From: Planctomycetia bacterium | GTDB lineage: Bacteria > Planctomycetota > Planctomycetia > Pirellulales > JALHLM01 | Direction of reading: 5' to 3' | Assembly: GCA_034440135.1 (NCBI GenBank) | Contig: JAWXBP010000256.1 | Location: 10,579 to 74,578 of the forward strand | DNA: 64,000 nt | Program-made: the position numbers and the translations under genes | Notes under the pieces: model-generated | What the model was told of the DNA's origin: nothing | The model's database searches: none | The model's input: only the letters and a program-made list of their open reading frames with translations | Shown here: positions 25,722-35,299 of the stretch, piece by piece | Layout of the letters: each line of letters opens with the position of its first letter | Numbering within the stretch: position 1 is the first letter of the stretch

Positions 25722-26123
25722 ATGTTTCTTTCGATCGATCCTCACAACGGCCTGGCGATCTATGAGCAGATCGTCCGGCAAGTGAAATTCGCCGTGGCGA
25801 GCGAAGCGCTGCGGCCCGGCGAACTGGTTCCCAGCGTGCGCGAGTTGGCCCGTGAGTTGGCCATCAATCCCAACACCGTCGCCCGGGCTTACCGGCAGTT
25901 GCAGGACGAGGCGGTGCTGCAGGCAGTCCGCGGAACCGGGCTGGAAGTGGCGGTCAACGCGCGTTCGCAATGCCGAAACGATCGGCGCGATCTGGTTCGA
26001 GTGCGCCTGCGGAACGTGCTGCACGAGGCGATGACCAGTGGGCTGGAAGCGGACGAGGTCCGCAAGCTCGTGGAAAAAGAACTGCAAACCCTGGAACGCG
26101 AACTCAAACGAGAGGCGGTGTGA
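25722..26123 (+). CDS. GntR family (YtrA-like, short) transcriptional regulator
   Basis: IYEQIVRQVKFAVASEALRPGELVPSVRELARELAINPNTVARAYRQLQDEAVL is a GntR winged HTH. The short C-terminal helical tail is typical of YtrA-type regulators that precede ABC transporter genes. Confidence 0.85.
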   Translation: MFLSIDPHNGLAIYEQIVRQVKFAVASEALRPGELVPSVRELARELAINPNTVARAYRQLQDEAVLQAVRGTGLEVAVNARSQCRNDRRDLVRVRLRNVLHEAMTSGLEADEVRKLVEKELQTLERELKREAV

Positions 26124-26124
26124 A

Positions 26125-27033
26125 ATGGACGCGGTGATCAGACTCGACCATGTCACCAAGAGTTTCGGATCGCAGACGGCGCTCCATCAGGTGTCGCTGG
26201 AAGTGCCGCCGGGCGTGGTGTGCGCGCTGCTGGGAGAAAACGGCGCTGGCAAGACAACCGCCATTCGCATCATGCTCGGGCTCACCGAGCCGGACGCCGG
26301 TTCGTGTCACGTGCTGGGGATGTATAGCAAGGAACACGGCGAGGAGATTCGCCGATCGGTCGGCTACGTGTCGGAGCGGCCGACGCTGTACGAGTGGATG
26401 ACGGTCGGCGAAATCGGTTGGTTCGCCGCTGGCTTCTATCCGCCCGGCTACTTAGCGCGGTACCAGGGACTGATCGCCCAATTCGGTTTGCCCGCCGATC
26501 GCAAGATCAAGACGCTGTCGAAGGGAACTCGTGCCAAAGTCGCGCTGTCGCTGGCGATGGCGCATGAACCGCGGTTGTTGATTCTCGACGAACCGACGTC
26601 GGGGCTCGATACCTTGGTGCGGCGCGAATTCCTGGAGAGCATGGTCGACCTGGCCGCCGACGGGCGAACCGTGCTGCTGTCGAGCCATCAGATTAGCGAA
26701 GTGGAACGCGTCGCCGACGTCGTGGCAATTCTTCATGAAGGCCGATTGGTACTCTTCGAACGGCTGGAAGAGTTGAAGAAACAAGTCCAGGAGCTGACGA
26801 TCACGCTCGCGGAAGGAATCGGCGCGCCGCCGGACGTGGGCGGGGAGATTCTCCGGCGCGCCGGCAAACTGCGCCAGTGGCAGGTATTAATTCGCGGACC
26901 GGTGAACGGACAGGTCGACCGGCTGCGCAGCAATCCGATGGTGCGACAGGTCGAGGTGCGCACGCCGGCGCTAGAGGAAATCTTCGTCGCCTACCTGGCT
27001 TCTAGCGGCGCCTCGCAGGGAGGTGAACAATGA
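26125..27033 (+). CDS. ABC transporter ATP-binding protein
   Basis: Start MDAVIRLDHVTKSFG lies 1 nt after the GntR stop. Walker A LLGENGAGKTT, signature LSKGTRAKVALSLAM, Walker [13 protein letters not shown]. Confidence 0.9.
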   Translation: MDAVIRLDHVTKSFGSQTALHQVSLEVPPGVVCALLGENGAGKTTAIRIMLGLTEPDAGSCHVLGMYSKEHGEEIRRSVGYVSERPTLYEWMTVGEIGWFAAGFYPPGYLARYQGLIAQFGLPADRKIKTLSKGTRAKVALSLAMAHEPRLLILDEPTSGLDTLVRREFLESMVDLAADGRTVLLSSHQISEVERVADVVAILHEGRLVLFERLEELKKQVQELTITLAEGIGAPPDVGGEILRRAGKLRQWQVLIRGPVNGQVDRLRSNPMVRQVEVRTPALEEIFVAYLASSGASQGGEQ

Positions 27034-29591
27034 CGCCCATCTGGCATGTCGCCTGGAAAGAGTACCGGTTGCTGCGCAGTCTGTGGTTGACATTCTTCGC
27101 GCTGGCGATGCTGCTGCAGGTCACGGCGCTCATGTCCGTATCGCGGTCATATGCTTCGTCGCGAGAGTTTGTCACGGTCCTGTTCGCGCTGACGGTTTGG
27201 CTGCCGGCGTTCTATGCGCTAGGCTGTGGCGCGACGATGTTTGCGGCCGAGAAAGACGATGGAACGTATGAATGGCTCCGCGTGCTGCCCATCGACGGAC
27301 TGCGCGTGTTCGCCGGCAAGCTGCTGTTTGCCGTGCCGAGTACGGGGCTATTGTTTTTGGCGGTGGTGTTGATCACGCGCTCCTTTGGACGCGGCGTCAT
27401 GCCGCCCGACGAGATCACGCGTCAGTTGTGCGGAGCCTGGGGCGTCGCGGCGCTGGAGGCATTGGCCTGGGGGGCGTTGATATCACTCATCTCGCGCCGA
27501 CCGTTGCTCTCGGCCGTCATCGCTGCGGCCGTCGGTTCAACCGTGACGCACATGATCGTTGCCAGTTTCGTCGACAAGTTCTGGACGCTGGAGGCCTACA
27601 CGTCCGCGCTGCCGGCGCGATTGGTCATCGTGGCCGTGGTGTTTGCCGTCGACCTGATCTTGGCGCGCGGGTGGTTGGCGAATCCGCGCCCAGCGCGCGT
27701 TCGGTCCCAACCCATTCAGAACGTTGTGCGGCGCAGTTCTACGACGGGTTTGGGACCGCGTTGGCGGCGTATCCTACGTTTGTGCTGGCAGGATTGGCGG
27801 CAGTCGCGGCGCGCGGTCGCAGGGTATTGCGTGGTCGCGGTGATCGCTGGTTTCGTAGTCGGACGATTTCTGATATTCGGCTTGTCGGTTGGGTCCGCCG
27901 CGATGCTGGCCGCCGCGTCGCTCAGCGCGTTTCTTTGCACGTTGGTGGGCGCCACGACGTTTCGCGGCGACCACGAAGACAGCCACTATCGATTCTTGGC
28001 CGAACACGCGATTTCACCGCGCGACGTCTGGTGGGCGCGCGAGCTATTCTGGGGAACGGTGGCGCTGATTTGTGGATTGGCATGTATTCTGGCGGTGTTC
28101 GCGTGGAACACCTCCTTAGGCACGCACTCTTACGCCAGGTCGCAGATTCTTGAGTCCGCGATTCCAGATAGCTTGTTGGAAGCAATGTTTTGCTACCTCG
28201 CGCTCCCCTTCATCGCCGGACAGTTCGCGTCGTTGTTGTTGCGAAGTCCCCTCTTGCCGGCGACTGCCGGAATCGCGCTCGCCGGCGCGCTGATGGCCTG
28301 GGCGATGCTCATGGCGCAGCTATCGATCGCGTGGTGGTGGACGGTCCTCCCGCTCGCCGTGGCGCTGCTGATTGCCACACGGATGCGTCTGAGCGACTGG
28401 CTGACCTATCGAGACGGCTGGCGAAAATGGCTGCGCATCGCCGGAACCGTGCTCGTGCCGATCGCACTCGTCGCAGCAGGCGTGATCTGGTTTCGCGTGC
28501 ATGAGATTCCCGCGGTGGTCAATGGCGTCGCCTTGACGGGCGATCCGTTTGACCTCGCCGACTACGACCGGATGGCGACCGAGGAGGAGAACAAGACGGC
28601 GTTGCTTTATGTCGAGGCGTGGAACAGCTATCACGATTACGCGCTGGATGCACCTCCGGCAGTTGTCATTCCAACGGCCGCTTACGCACCCAATGCAAGG
28701 GTATTGGCCGCGGAGCGCCGCGGAATACTCGAACTAAACGCGGAGCCGCTCCAATGGATGCTGAGCGCGACGCAGCGCGCAGATTGCGTGTTGCGGCGGC
28801 CGAGTTCGGCAAGTCTCATTGACATGCCCGGAGTGGCCAAGGAGGCCAATAAGCTGGCTGGTTTGTTGATCGTCGCTGGCCAACTGGCGGAGCACGACGG
28901 CAAGCTCGACGAGGCGCTGGACTACTATTTGCGCGCGCGCCGTTTCGCACAGCACATCGCGCGGTTCGGTAACCACTCCCAATGTCTCCAAGCAGCGTTA
29001 GTCGACAACCTGGCGACGAACGCCATTGTCACTTGGGCGGACCGCCCAGGTCAGTCAAATGAGTTATTGGAACGCGCATTGGAGGCGGTGCGTTCAAAAC
29101 GAATGGTTGATTTGTTGGCCGACGCGCCTAAGACAGAGTACCTGATGACGCGGCGAGCGATCGAATCGGGCAGTTTCGACATGCCTGCGTCGATTTCGCC
29201 GAGAGTCGACGCAGTCCGGATTGCCTCGGCCGGGGCCAGTCGTTTTCCCTGGGAGCGAGCACGACAACTTCGCTTGCTGCGGCTCGCCACGTATTGGGCG
29301 ATGCATTTCCCGCAAGGGTCAACCGCAAATCTCAATATCAACACTCCCTGGGCCTGGCTGCGACGAGAACCGCTCAGCAGTCGTCCGAATCAAGCCTTGC
29401 GCCAATTGATTGGTGACTCGTCGTATGCCCAACACTTGGTGCCAACGTTCGAATCGTTCGAGACTTGGGCCGGCGGCACTTATGTCAATGCAGAACACCA
29501 CCTGCAGAACGCGATCGAACGGACGCGCTATGGTACGAACGCGCCGTCGACGCCATTCGCGGAACCTGACAGCGAAGGCTTTGCCGACTAA
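27030..29591 (+). CDS. large polytopic membrane protein (ABC-2-like permease region fused to a ~370-aa C-terminal soluble domain)
   Basis: 4-nt overlap with the ATPase stop. About 12 predicted TM helices over the first ~480 aa, then a helical-repeat-like soluble region. I recognise no family for the C-terminal part. Confidence 0.6.
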   Translation: MTPIWHVAWKEYRLLRSLWLTFFALAMLLQVTALMSVSRSYASSREFVTVLFALTVWLPAFYALGCGATMFAAEKDDGTYEWLRVLPIDGLRVFAGKLLFAVPSTGLLFLAVVLITRSFGRGVMPPDEITRQLCGAWGVAALEALAWGALISLISRRPLLSAVIAAAVGSTVTHMIVASFVDKFWTLEAYTSALPARLVIVAVVFAVDLILARGWLANPRPARVRSQPIQNVVRRSSTTGLGPRWRRILRLCWQDWRQSRRAVAGYCVVAVIAGFVVGRFLIFGLSVGSAAMLAAASLSAFLCTLVGATTFRGDHEDSHYRFLAEHAISPRDVWWARELFWGTVALICGLACILAVFAWNTSLGTHSYARSQILESAIPDSLLEAMFCYLALPFIAGQFASLLLRSPLLPATAGIALAGALMAWAMLMAQLSIAWWWTVLPLAVALLIATRMRLSDWLTYRDGWRKWLRIAGTVLVPIALVAAGVIWFRVHEIPAVVNGVALTGDPFDLADYDRMATEEENKTALLYVEAWNSYHDYALDAPPAVVIPTAAYAPNARVLAAERRGILELNAEPLQWMLSATQRADCVLRRPSSASLIDMPGVAKEANKLAGLLIVAGQLAEHDGKLDEALDYYLRARRFAQHIARFGNHSQCLQAALVDNLATNAIVTWADRPGQSNELLERALEAVRSKRMVDLLADAPKTEYLMTRRAIESGSFDMPASISPRVDAVRIASAGASRFPWERARQLRLLRLATYWAMHFPQGSTANLNINTPWAWLRREPLSSRPNQALRQLIGDSSYAQHLVPTFESFETWAGGTYVNAEHHLQNAIERTRYGTNAPSTPFAEPDSEGFAD

Positions 29592-29763
29592 CCCTGCCCG
29601 CGAAATCGAGCGCTCTAGCAGGGCGCCGCGCACATTGACTGCACGGGAACCTTGTTTCTAACGGCCATGGCCGGTGCTTTTAACGCTGATGCCTGACCGC
29701 GCCGCATCTCAGGCGAATCAGCCGTCAGCCAAGCACTCACCCTGCGGACGGACGGCAGGCATA

Positions 29764-32700
29764 CTAAGCGTCATATTCCGGCGAAGCCACAAAGGCCGAT
29801 ACGACTTGCTCCTCGCGCATTCCGCGCGAGAGCAGGTCGGCGTAGAAATCAACCTCGCCGGCGCTGGCCGAGCGATCCAGCAGGGCGTCGTAGATGTCGG
29901 TGACTTTCTTGTTCTGCGCCTCGTCGGTTGCCAGCAGCCGTTTGGCGACGGTGTCGCGATCTTCGTTGCGCAGCAATCGCCCGAACTCGCTTTGGCCAAC
30001 GGGGTCGATGGCGCGACCCATGACGTCGCGGTAGAGGGCCGCCAAGAATGCGTTCGCCGAACCGCCGGCGCGGCGATAATACTCGTTCGATCCCAGGAAC
30101 GTCGTGCGCAGACCGTCCCACGTGCCGCCAGCGGCAAGATATGTGAGGTGGGCGCTCAGGCCGGCCGTGTCGCTGCCGCGGCCTAGGTACTTCTGGTACA
30201 TGGCCTGAATCTGCCGCGTGCGGTACTCGATGCTATTTTGCATCGCCGTAGCCATCTGGAATTCGTTCATCCGGCCGTCTTCGAGTTGATCGGCGTAGAA
30301 CTGCAATCCAGCGTCTTCCGGCTCGCGCCCGAGCAGATCCTCGTAGGCTTGCGTGACCAGCGATTCGGTCGGCGTTTCCTGGATCTCTGTGATCCGGACC
30401 GTCGCAGTGGACGGCGTTCCCAGCGTGCCGCCGCCGCCCGGGGCGCTGAGCGTGAGCGTGAACGTCTCTTCTTGCTCCAACACCGCGTCGACCAGGATCG
30501 GCACGGTGAGGGTCTTCTGCGTCTCGCCGGCGGCGAATGTCAGCGTGGCGCTGGCAGTCGTGTAATCGCTGCCGGCCGTGGCTGCGCCGTTGCTCGTGGC
30601 GTATTGAACCGTCACGCCCGCCGCGTCGCCGCCTGTCCGGGTGACTGTAATCGTCACCGTGCCAGCCGCTTCGTCGACGGTATAGCTCGTTGCGCTGAAC
30701 TGCAGCGCCCCGGGTCCGTCGTCGTCGGTGATGGTGACCGTTCCGGTGGCCGTGCCGAGCGTGGAATTCGTCGGCGCGGAAAGCACGACGGTAAACGCCT
30801 CGCTCGATTCCGTCGCGGCGTCGACCGCGATCGGCACGCTGATGGTCTTCGAGGTTTCCCCCGCGGCGAACGTCAGTGTGCCGGAAGTGGTGGTGTAGTC
30901 CCCCGGCGCTGTGGCCGTGCCGTTCTGCGACTGGTACGCAACCGTAACCGCCTGGCTGCTCGGGTTCGAGAGCGTCACCGTCAACGTCGCGTTGACCGTA
31001 CCGGAGTCCCCTTCGGTGACCGTCGTGCCGGCGATCGACACGGTTGGCAATGGATCGTCGTCGGTAATCGTGCCGGTCGCCTGGGCGTCAGCGAGCGTGG
31101 CATTCACTGGCGCGGACAGGTCCAGCTCGAAGGTCTCGTTGGGCTCGTCGGTGGTGTCGCCGACGATCGGCACGCTGATGGTCTTGGACGTCTCGCCGAT
31201 GGCGAACGTCAGCGTGCCGGAAGTCAACGTGTAGTCGGTTCCGGCTGTCGCGGTGACGTTATCTGTGGCGTAGTTCACGGTCACCACGTTGGTCGCCGCG
31301 GCCGAGAGCGTGACCGTAAACACCAGGTTCGATTGACCGCTATTCCCTTCGGCGATCGAGACGTCCGACACGCTTGCCGTTGGCGGCGGCGCGTCGGCCT
31401 TGCCGGTGACCGTGATGCGGACCGTCGCGATGTCTTGCCCGCCTTGGCCATCGCTTACCGTGTAGGTGAACGCATCTTCGAGCGTCTGGCCTTCGTTCAA
31501 CGCGCCGAGGATCGCCGACGCGCGGGGATCATATGCATAACTACCGTTTGCATTGACGACCACCGTGGCGCCTTGCGCACTCACGGCGTCGAAGGCCGTG
31601 ACGGTCAACGTGTCGGACGCGTCCGGATCGGTGTCGTTCGTCAGGACCCCGGGCGCCGCGATGCTCAATGCCGTATCTTCGTCCGTAGCGCCGGTGTCGT
31701 CCGTCGCCCCGGGCGGGTCGTTGGTCGTCGTGACGGCCACGGTGAACGATTGCGTCCCGGTGTTCCCCGCGGCGTCGACCGCTTGCACCGTGACGCTCGC
31801 GTTGCCGAGTTGTGCAGCGCTCGGCGTCCAACTGATGACGCCGGTGTCCTGGTTGATCGTCATGCCGGCCGGGGGCGTGGCTAGCAGGTAGGTCAGCCCT
31901 AGGACGCTTTCGTCCGCCGATTGCACGTCGTAGCTGTAGGCGACGCCCACCGAGGCCGCCGTCACCGCGGCGGACGAAATCACCGGCGTCGTCGCGTCGA
32001 TCGTGATCGATTGGGCCGGTGAGGCGTCGCTGACGCTGCTGCCAATTTGCTGCGTGGCCGTCAGGCTGATGGCGCCGTCGGCCAAGGGGACAGTGCCGTT
32101 GGTGATGATGTCGACCGTGCCGCCGCTGGCAGTTCCGGTTCCGATCAGCGTCGCACCAGCGAATACGTTCACCGTGGCGCTATCAATCACACCGCCCACG
32201 CGCAAGCGCAGGGCATGCGCAGCGTCGGTGTTATTGAAATTGGTCAGGTTGTCCGTGCTCGAACCGCCGGAATCGGCCTCGGGCAGCAGGTCGATCGACG
32301 TCGGCGGACTTGGCCGTGCATTGTCCGTCAGCGCGTCGACGAACATCTGTTTCAGCGTGGCATAGTTCGCGACGTTCGCCAGCGAGTTATTCGTCAGGTT
32401 ATAGACGTCGGTGACGACATTGGCGGCATTCAGGATCACCACGTCGCGCCATTCGATCTCCCAACTCGTCCAAACATCCGAGTTAAGGTCAGAGTTCGCG
32501 TCGACGTCCTGGACAATCGGTAAGTCTTCGTCGATCAGATCGAAATCGGCTTCCTGCCCCTCTTCGTTCACGCCCAGGATATTGACCTGCTGCAACGGGA
32601 ACATCGCGCGCAGTTCCGATTGCATTTGCTCCAGGAAGCCAAACTGGCTTCGGCAGTAGCTTCACGTCGTGTGGATGAAATACCAGCCGGAAACCTGCTG

Positions 32701-32907
32701 GAGGTACTCGCGCGGCGAGATCGTATCGCCGAACTGGTCGGAGTTCAGATTCTGGTCGACCAATTGAAAGTCCGGCATCTGCACGCCGATCGTGGCGAGC
32801 ACTACGCGGGCTTCCAGCCGCTCGACGCCAGCACCGCTGTGCAGCGCCGCCTCGACCCGGGGTCGCCAGGCGTTCCCCATTCGATTCCGCGACTTCCGCC
32901 AAGACAT
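29764..32907 (-). CDS. giant secreted protein: N-terminal thioredoxin-fold (redoxin/TlpA-like) domain, cadherin-like/VCBS, 4x Calx-beta and 3x DUF4214; interrupted by one in-frame TGA at 32662-32664 (Sec candidate or pseudogene)
   Basis: The track ORFs 32662..32907 (81 aa) and 29764..32625 (953 aa) share one frame. Only a TGA plus 12 sense codons separate them. The joined sequence reads ...QQVSGWYFIHTT[TGA]SYCRSQFGFLEQMQSELRAMFPLQQVNILGVNEEG.... Calx-beta repeats match (TAGTDYTLTSGTLTFAIGETSKTISVPIVGDTTDEPNETF, four times). The VCBS-like segment is (TNDPPGATDDTGATDEDTAL...LTNDTDPDASDTLTV). DUF4214 repeats match (YEDLLGREPEDAGLQFYADQL, three times). The N-terminal VERLEARVVLA motif is shared with other planctomycete secreted proteins. 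Confidence 0.75.
32635..32651 (-). promoter_or_regulatory. candidate bacterial SECIS stem-loop (or fortuitous hairpin) 10 nt 3' of the in-frame TGA
   Basis: The mRNA reads UGA AGCUACUGCC GAAGCCA-GUU-UGGCUUC. This is a perfect 7-bp stem whose apical loop starts with G. Confidence 0.4.
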
Positions 32908-33203
32908 GCGTGTGACCGTTTCTGCTGCGAATAGAACTGCCTCGACCGTGCGACGTCCGGCGCGCCCGGCAGTTGGACCGCGGGGACGTCGTCAAAGTTC
33001 CAGACTAACGCGCGCGGCCGGAAATTCCCACCAATTTGCCCGACTTCCTCAACCGGCAACGCCGTGGGAAGGTCCTGCATACGCGTCACGTGCGCGTTTT
33101 TAACGCCCGGAGTGATTATAGCGCCTGCCACCCCTGGGGAAGGCGTGTAGAATTCGGCGAAGCGTCAAGAAGCCATTTCGGAGGGGCCTCCGTCCCCCGC
33201 TGT

Positions 33204-33233
33204 AAACTGAACACTGAAAACTTCAAACTCCCC
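33204..33233 (-). repeat. Family E module 1 (E3)
   Basis: AAACTGAACACTGAAAACTTCAAACTCCC, 10 nt upstream of the MBL hydrolase ATG. Confidence 0.8.
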
Positions 33234-33243
33234 CACTATCCGC

Positions 33244-34263
33244 ATGGCCGAACTGCCCCCCGTCGAGATGTTCGTTTCCAGCACCGGGGTGCGCATCTAC
33301 CGGATTCCTTGCGAGGCGTTCCCCAACTTCATTGTGTATTGCCACCTATTGCTGGGGGATTTGCCGCCCACGCTCATCGACACTGGCAGCGGCTATGGGG
33401 CCTCGAACAAACAACTACTCGCCGGCCTGGAGGCTGTCCATACCCAGTTCAACGAGGCCTTTCGCGTGGCGGACCTGGCGCGGATCGTGATCAGCCACGG
33501 CCACATCGATCACTTCGGCGGGCTGTCCCACCTCTTGGAGCACGTGCAGGCCGAGGTCGCCGTCCACCCGCTCGATCGCCGCGTGTTGACACATTACGAG
33601 GAGCGGCTGATCGTCGCAACGAAGAATGTGCGGTTCTATCTGCAACAGGCGGGCGTTTCGGCCGAGATGCAGGAAGTGCTGATTGGGACGTATCAGTTCT
33701 CGAAGAAACATGTGCGTAGCGTGTCCGTCGAACGAGAACTTCGCGACGGCGACGAATTGGACGGACTCCGCTACATTCACACGCCCGGCCATTGCTCCGG
33801 GCAACTGTGCATCGGCGTGGGCGATATCCTGCTCAGCACCGATCACATCCTGCCCGGCATCAGCCCGCACCAATCGCCGGAAAGCATCACCGCTTTCACG
33901 GGGCTGGCGCATTACCTGGAATCGCTCGACAAGGTCGCGCGCATCGGCGGGTTCGATCTCGCCCTGGGCGGCCACGAGGGTCCGACGCGGGACGTCTACC
34001 GCCGGATCGAAGCAATCCGCGCCGGGCACGAGCGCAAACTGGAACGCGTCTCGAACATCATCCGCGACGCCCCCGCGCCGCCGACCGTGCAGGAAATCAC
34101 GCACACGATGTATCCCAAAGTGCAAGGCTTCGACGTGCTGCTGGCGCTCGAAGAAGCCGGCGCGCATGTGGAGTACCTCTACCAGCACGGCCGGCTGGAA
34201 GTCACGAACTTGGATGAAGTGGAGCGCGAGGACAACCCGCCGTTGCGCTACGCGGTGGCTTGA
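33244..34263 (+). CDS. MBL-fold metallo-hydrolase
   Basis: HxHxDH motif VISHGHIDHFGG, then later HTPGHCSG and a C-terminal helical domain. Confidence 0.8.
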   Translation: MAELPPVEMFVSSTGVRIYRIPCEAFPNFIVYCHLLLGDLPPTLIDTGSGYGASNKQLLAGLEAVHTQFNEAFRVADLARIVISHGHIDHFGGLSHLLEHVQAEVAVHPLDRRVLTHYEERLIVATKNVRFYLQQAGVSAEMQEVLIGTYQFSKKHVRSVSVERELRDGDELDGLRYIHTPGHCSGQLCIGVGDILLSTDHILPGISPHQSPESITAFTGLAHYLESLDKVARIGGFDLALGGHEGPTRDVYRRIEAIRAGHERKLERVSNIIRDAPAPPTVQEITHTMYPKVQGFDVLLALEEAGAHVEYLYQHGRLEVTNLDEVEREDNPPLRYAVA

Positions 34264-34275
34264 TTCCATCCGCAA

Positions 34276-34971
34276 TCACTTCCGGCCCCAAGTGCGGCTG
34301 ACGTGCATCGCCGCCATCACGCCGATTGAAATCATCGCCCCGGCCGTGGCGAGCGCCATGTCTTTCTGCCCATCGAAAACATCGCCCTGCATGCCGAGGA
34401 AGTGATCGGCCCATTCCGGCGTGAACACGACGGCCACGAGCCATTCGATGATTTCATACAACGCGCTCGTCGCCAGAATGCATTCCACGGCCAGCACTGA
34501 CGAGAGCGCCAGCGATAAACCCAGATGCCGCCTTTCGAATTCCTGGATCGGAATCGCCAGCAGCAGGCCATATGAGAAATGCACCATTCGGTCGAAGTGA
34601 TTGCGCTCGAACCCGAACAACTCGCTGATCGAGCGGCCCATGAGCGCTCGCGCCCAATCGTCGTACGGCGTATAGGAATAGAGATATCGCGCCCCCAACG
34701 TGTGCAAGGCGAGAAATAGCAGGATCGACCCGAAGCTTAGGCGACTGATTTCGAAACGATTCGCCAGAAAACAAAGCAAGAACGCGGCCGGCAGGGTGGG
34801 CGCATGCTGCATCAACATGAACTGCAAATACGGCGGGTTGATGCAACTCACGCAGAAGCAGACGAGAAACAACGCGAACAACAGGCGTTGCACCGGATCG
34901 CGAGGAATCGCCGCCCGGACGTACCAGGGTCGATCGTCGAACGGTGCGCTGGCGTGGGAAGGCGGATTCAT
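34276..34971 (-). CDS. DUF2238 (YjdF-like) inner-membrane protein
   Basis: Polytopic. LALHTLGARYLYSYTPYDDW...FGFERNHFDRMVHFSYGLL resembles the YjdF/DUF2238 signature. Confidence 0.55.
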   Translation of the reverse strand: MNPPSHASAPFDDRPWYVRAAIPRDPVQRLLFALFLVCFCVSCINPPYLQFMLMQHAPTLPAAFLLCFLANRFEISRLSFGSILLFLALHTLGARYLYSYTPYDDWARALMGRSISELFGFERNHFDRMVHFSYGLLLAIPIQEFERRHLGLSLALSSVLAVECILATSALYEIIEWLVAVVFTPEWADHFLGMQGDVFDGQKDMALATAGAMISIGVMAAMHVSRTWGRK

Positions 34972-35004
34972 GCGGCCGATTGTAATGCCGCGATGCGCGC
35001 CTAG

Positions 35005-35232
35005 TTAGACGCGCCCGGATGAGGCGGAACGGCGCCAGTATCGGCTGCCAAGCCAGACCACGACGCCGCCAATCGCACCCGATACGGCGGCGATCAGCAG
35101 CACGGCGCCCGTGACATCCGCGTCTCCGACGGCAAAGCCGCCGTCAGCGGTGTCGAACAGCGAATAGCGATTGACCGTGACGCAGCCAGCCAGCCAGGGA
35201 ATCAGCGCCAACAACACGATGAAACGCCGCAT
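35005..35232 (-). CDS. small lipoprotein, hypothetical
   Basis: Lipobox MRRFIVLLALIPWLAGC followed by a C-terminal TM helix. Confidence 0.5.
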   Translation of the reverse strand: MRRFIVLLALIPWLAGCVTVNRYSLFDTADGGFAVGDADVTGAVLLIAAVSGAIGGVVVWLGSRYWRRSASSGRV

Positions 35233-35299
35233 ATCGCCTCCGACGACGAGAATGACCCCGACGATAGTGGAGAGACGTTAGCGGCGAAGCTGTGCCACG

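Noticed and set aside
30238-31884. 548-aa ORF on the plus strand
   Set aside because: It is antisense to the Calx-beta repeat region, with an extreme Arg/Gly composition. The minus-strand frame has clear domain repeats.
34202-34444. Small overlapping ORFs inside and around the MBL hydrolase and DUF2238 genes
   Set aside because: They are out of frame or antisense to well-supported genes, and their composition is Arg/Gly-rich.
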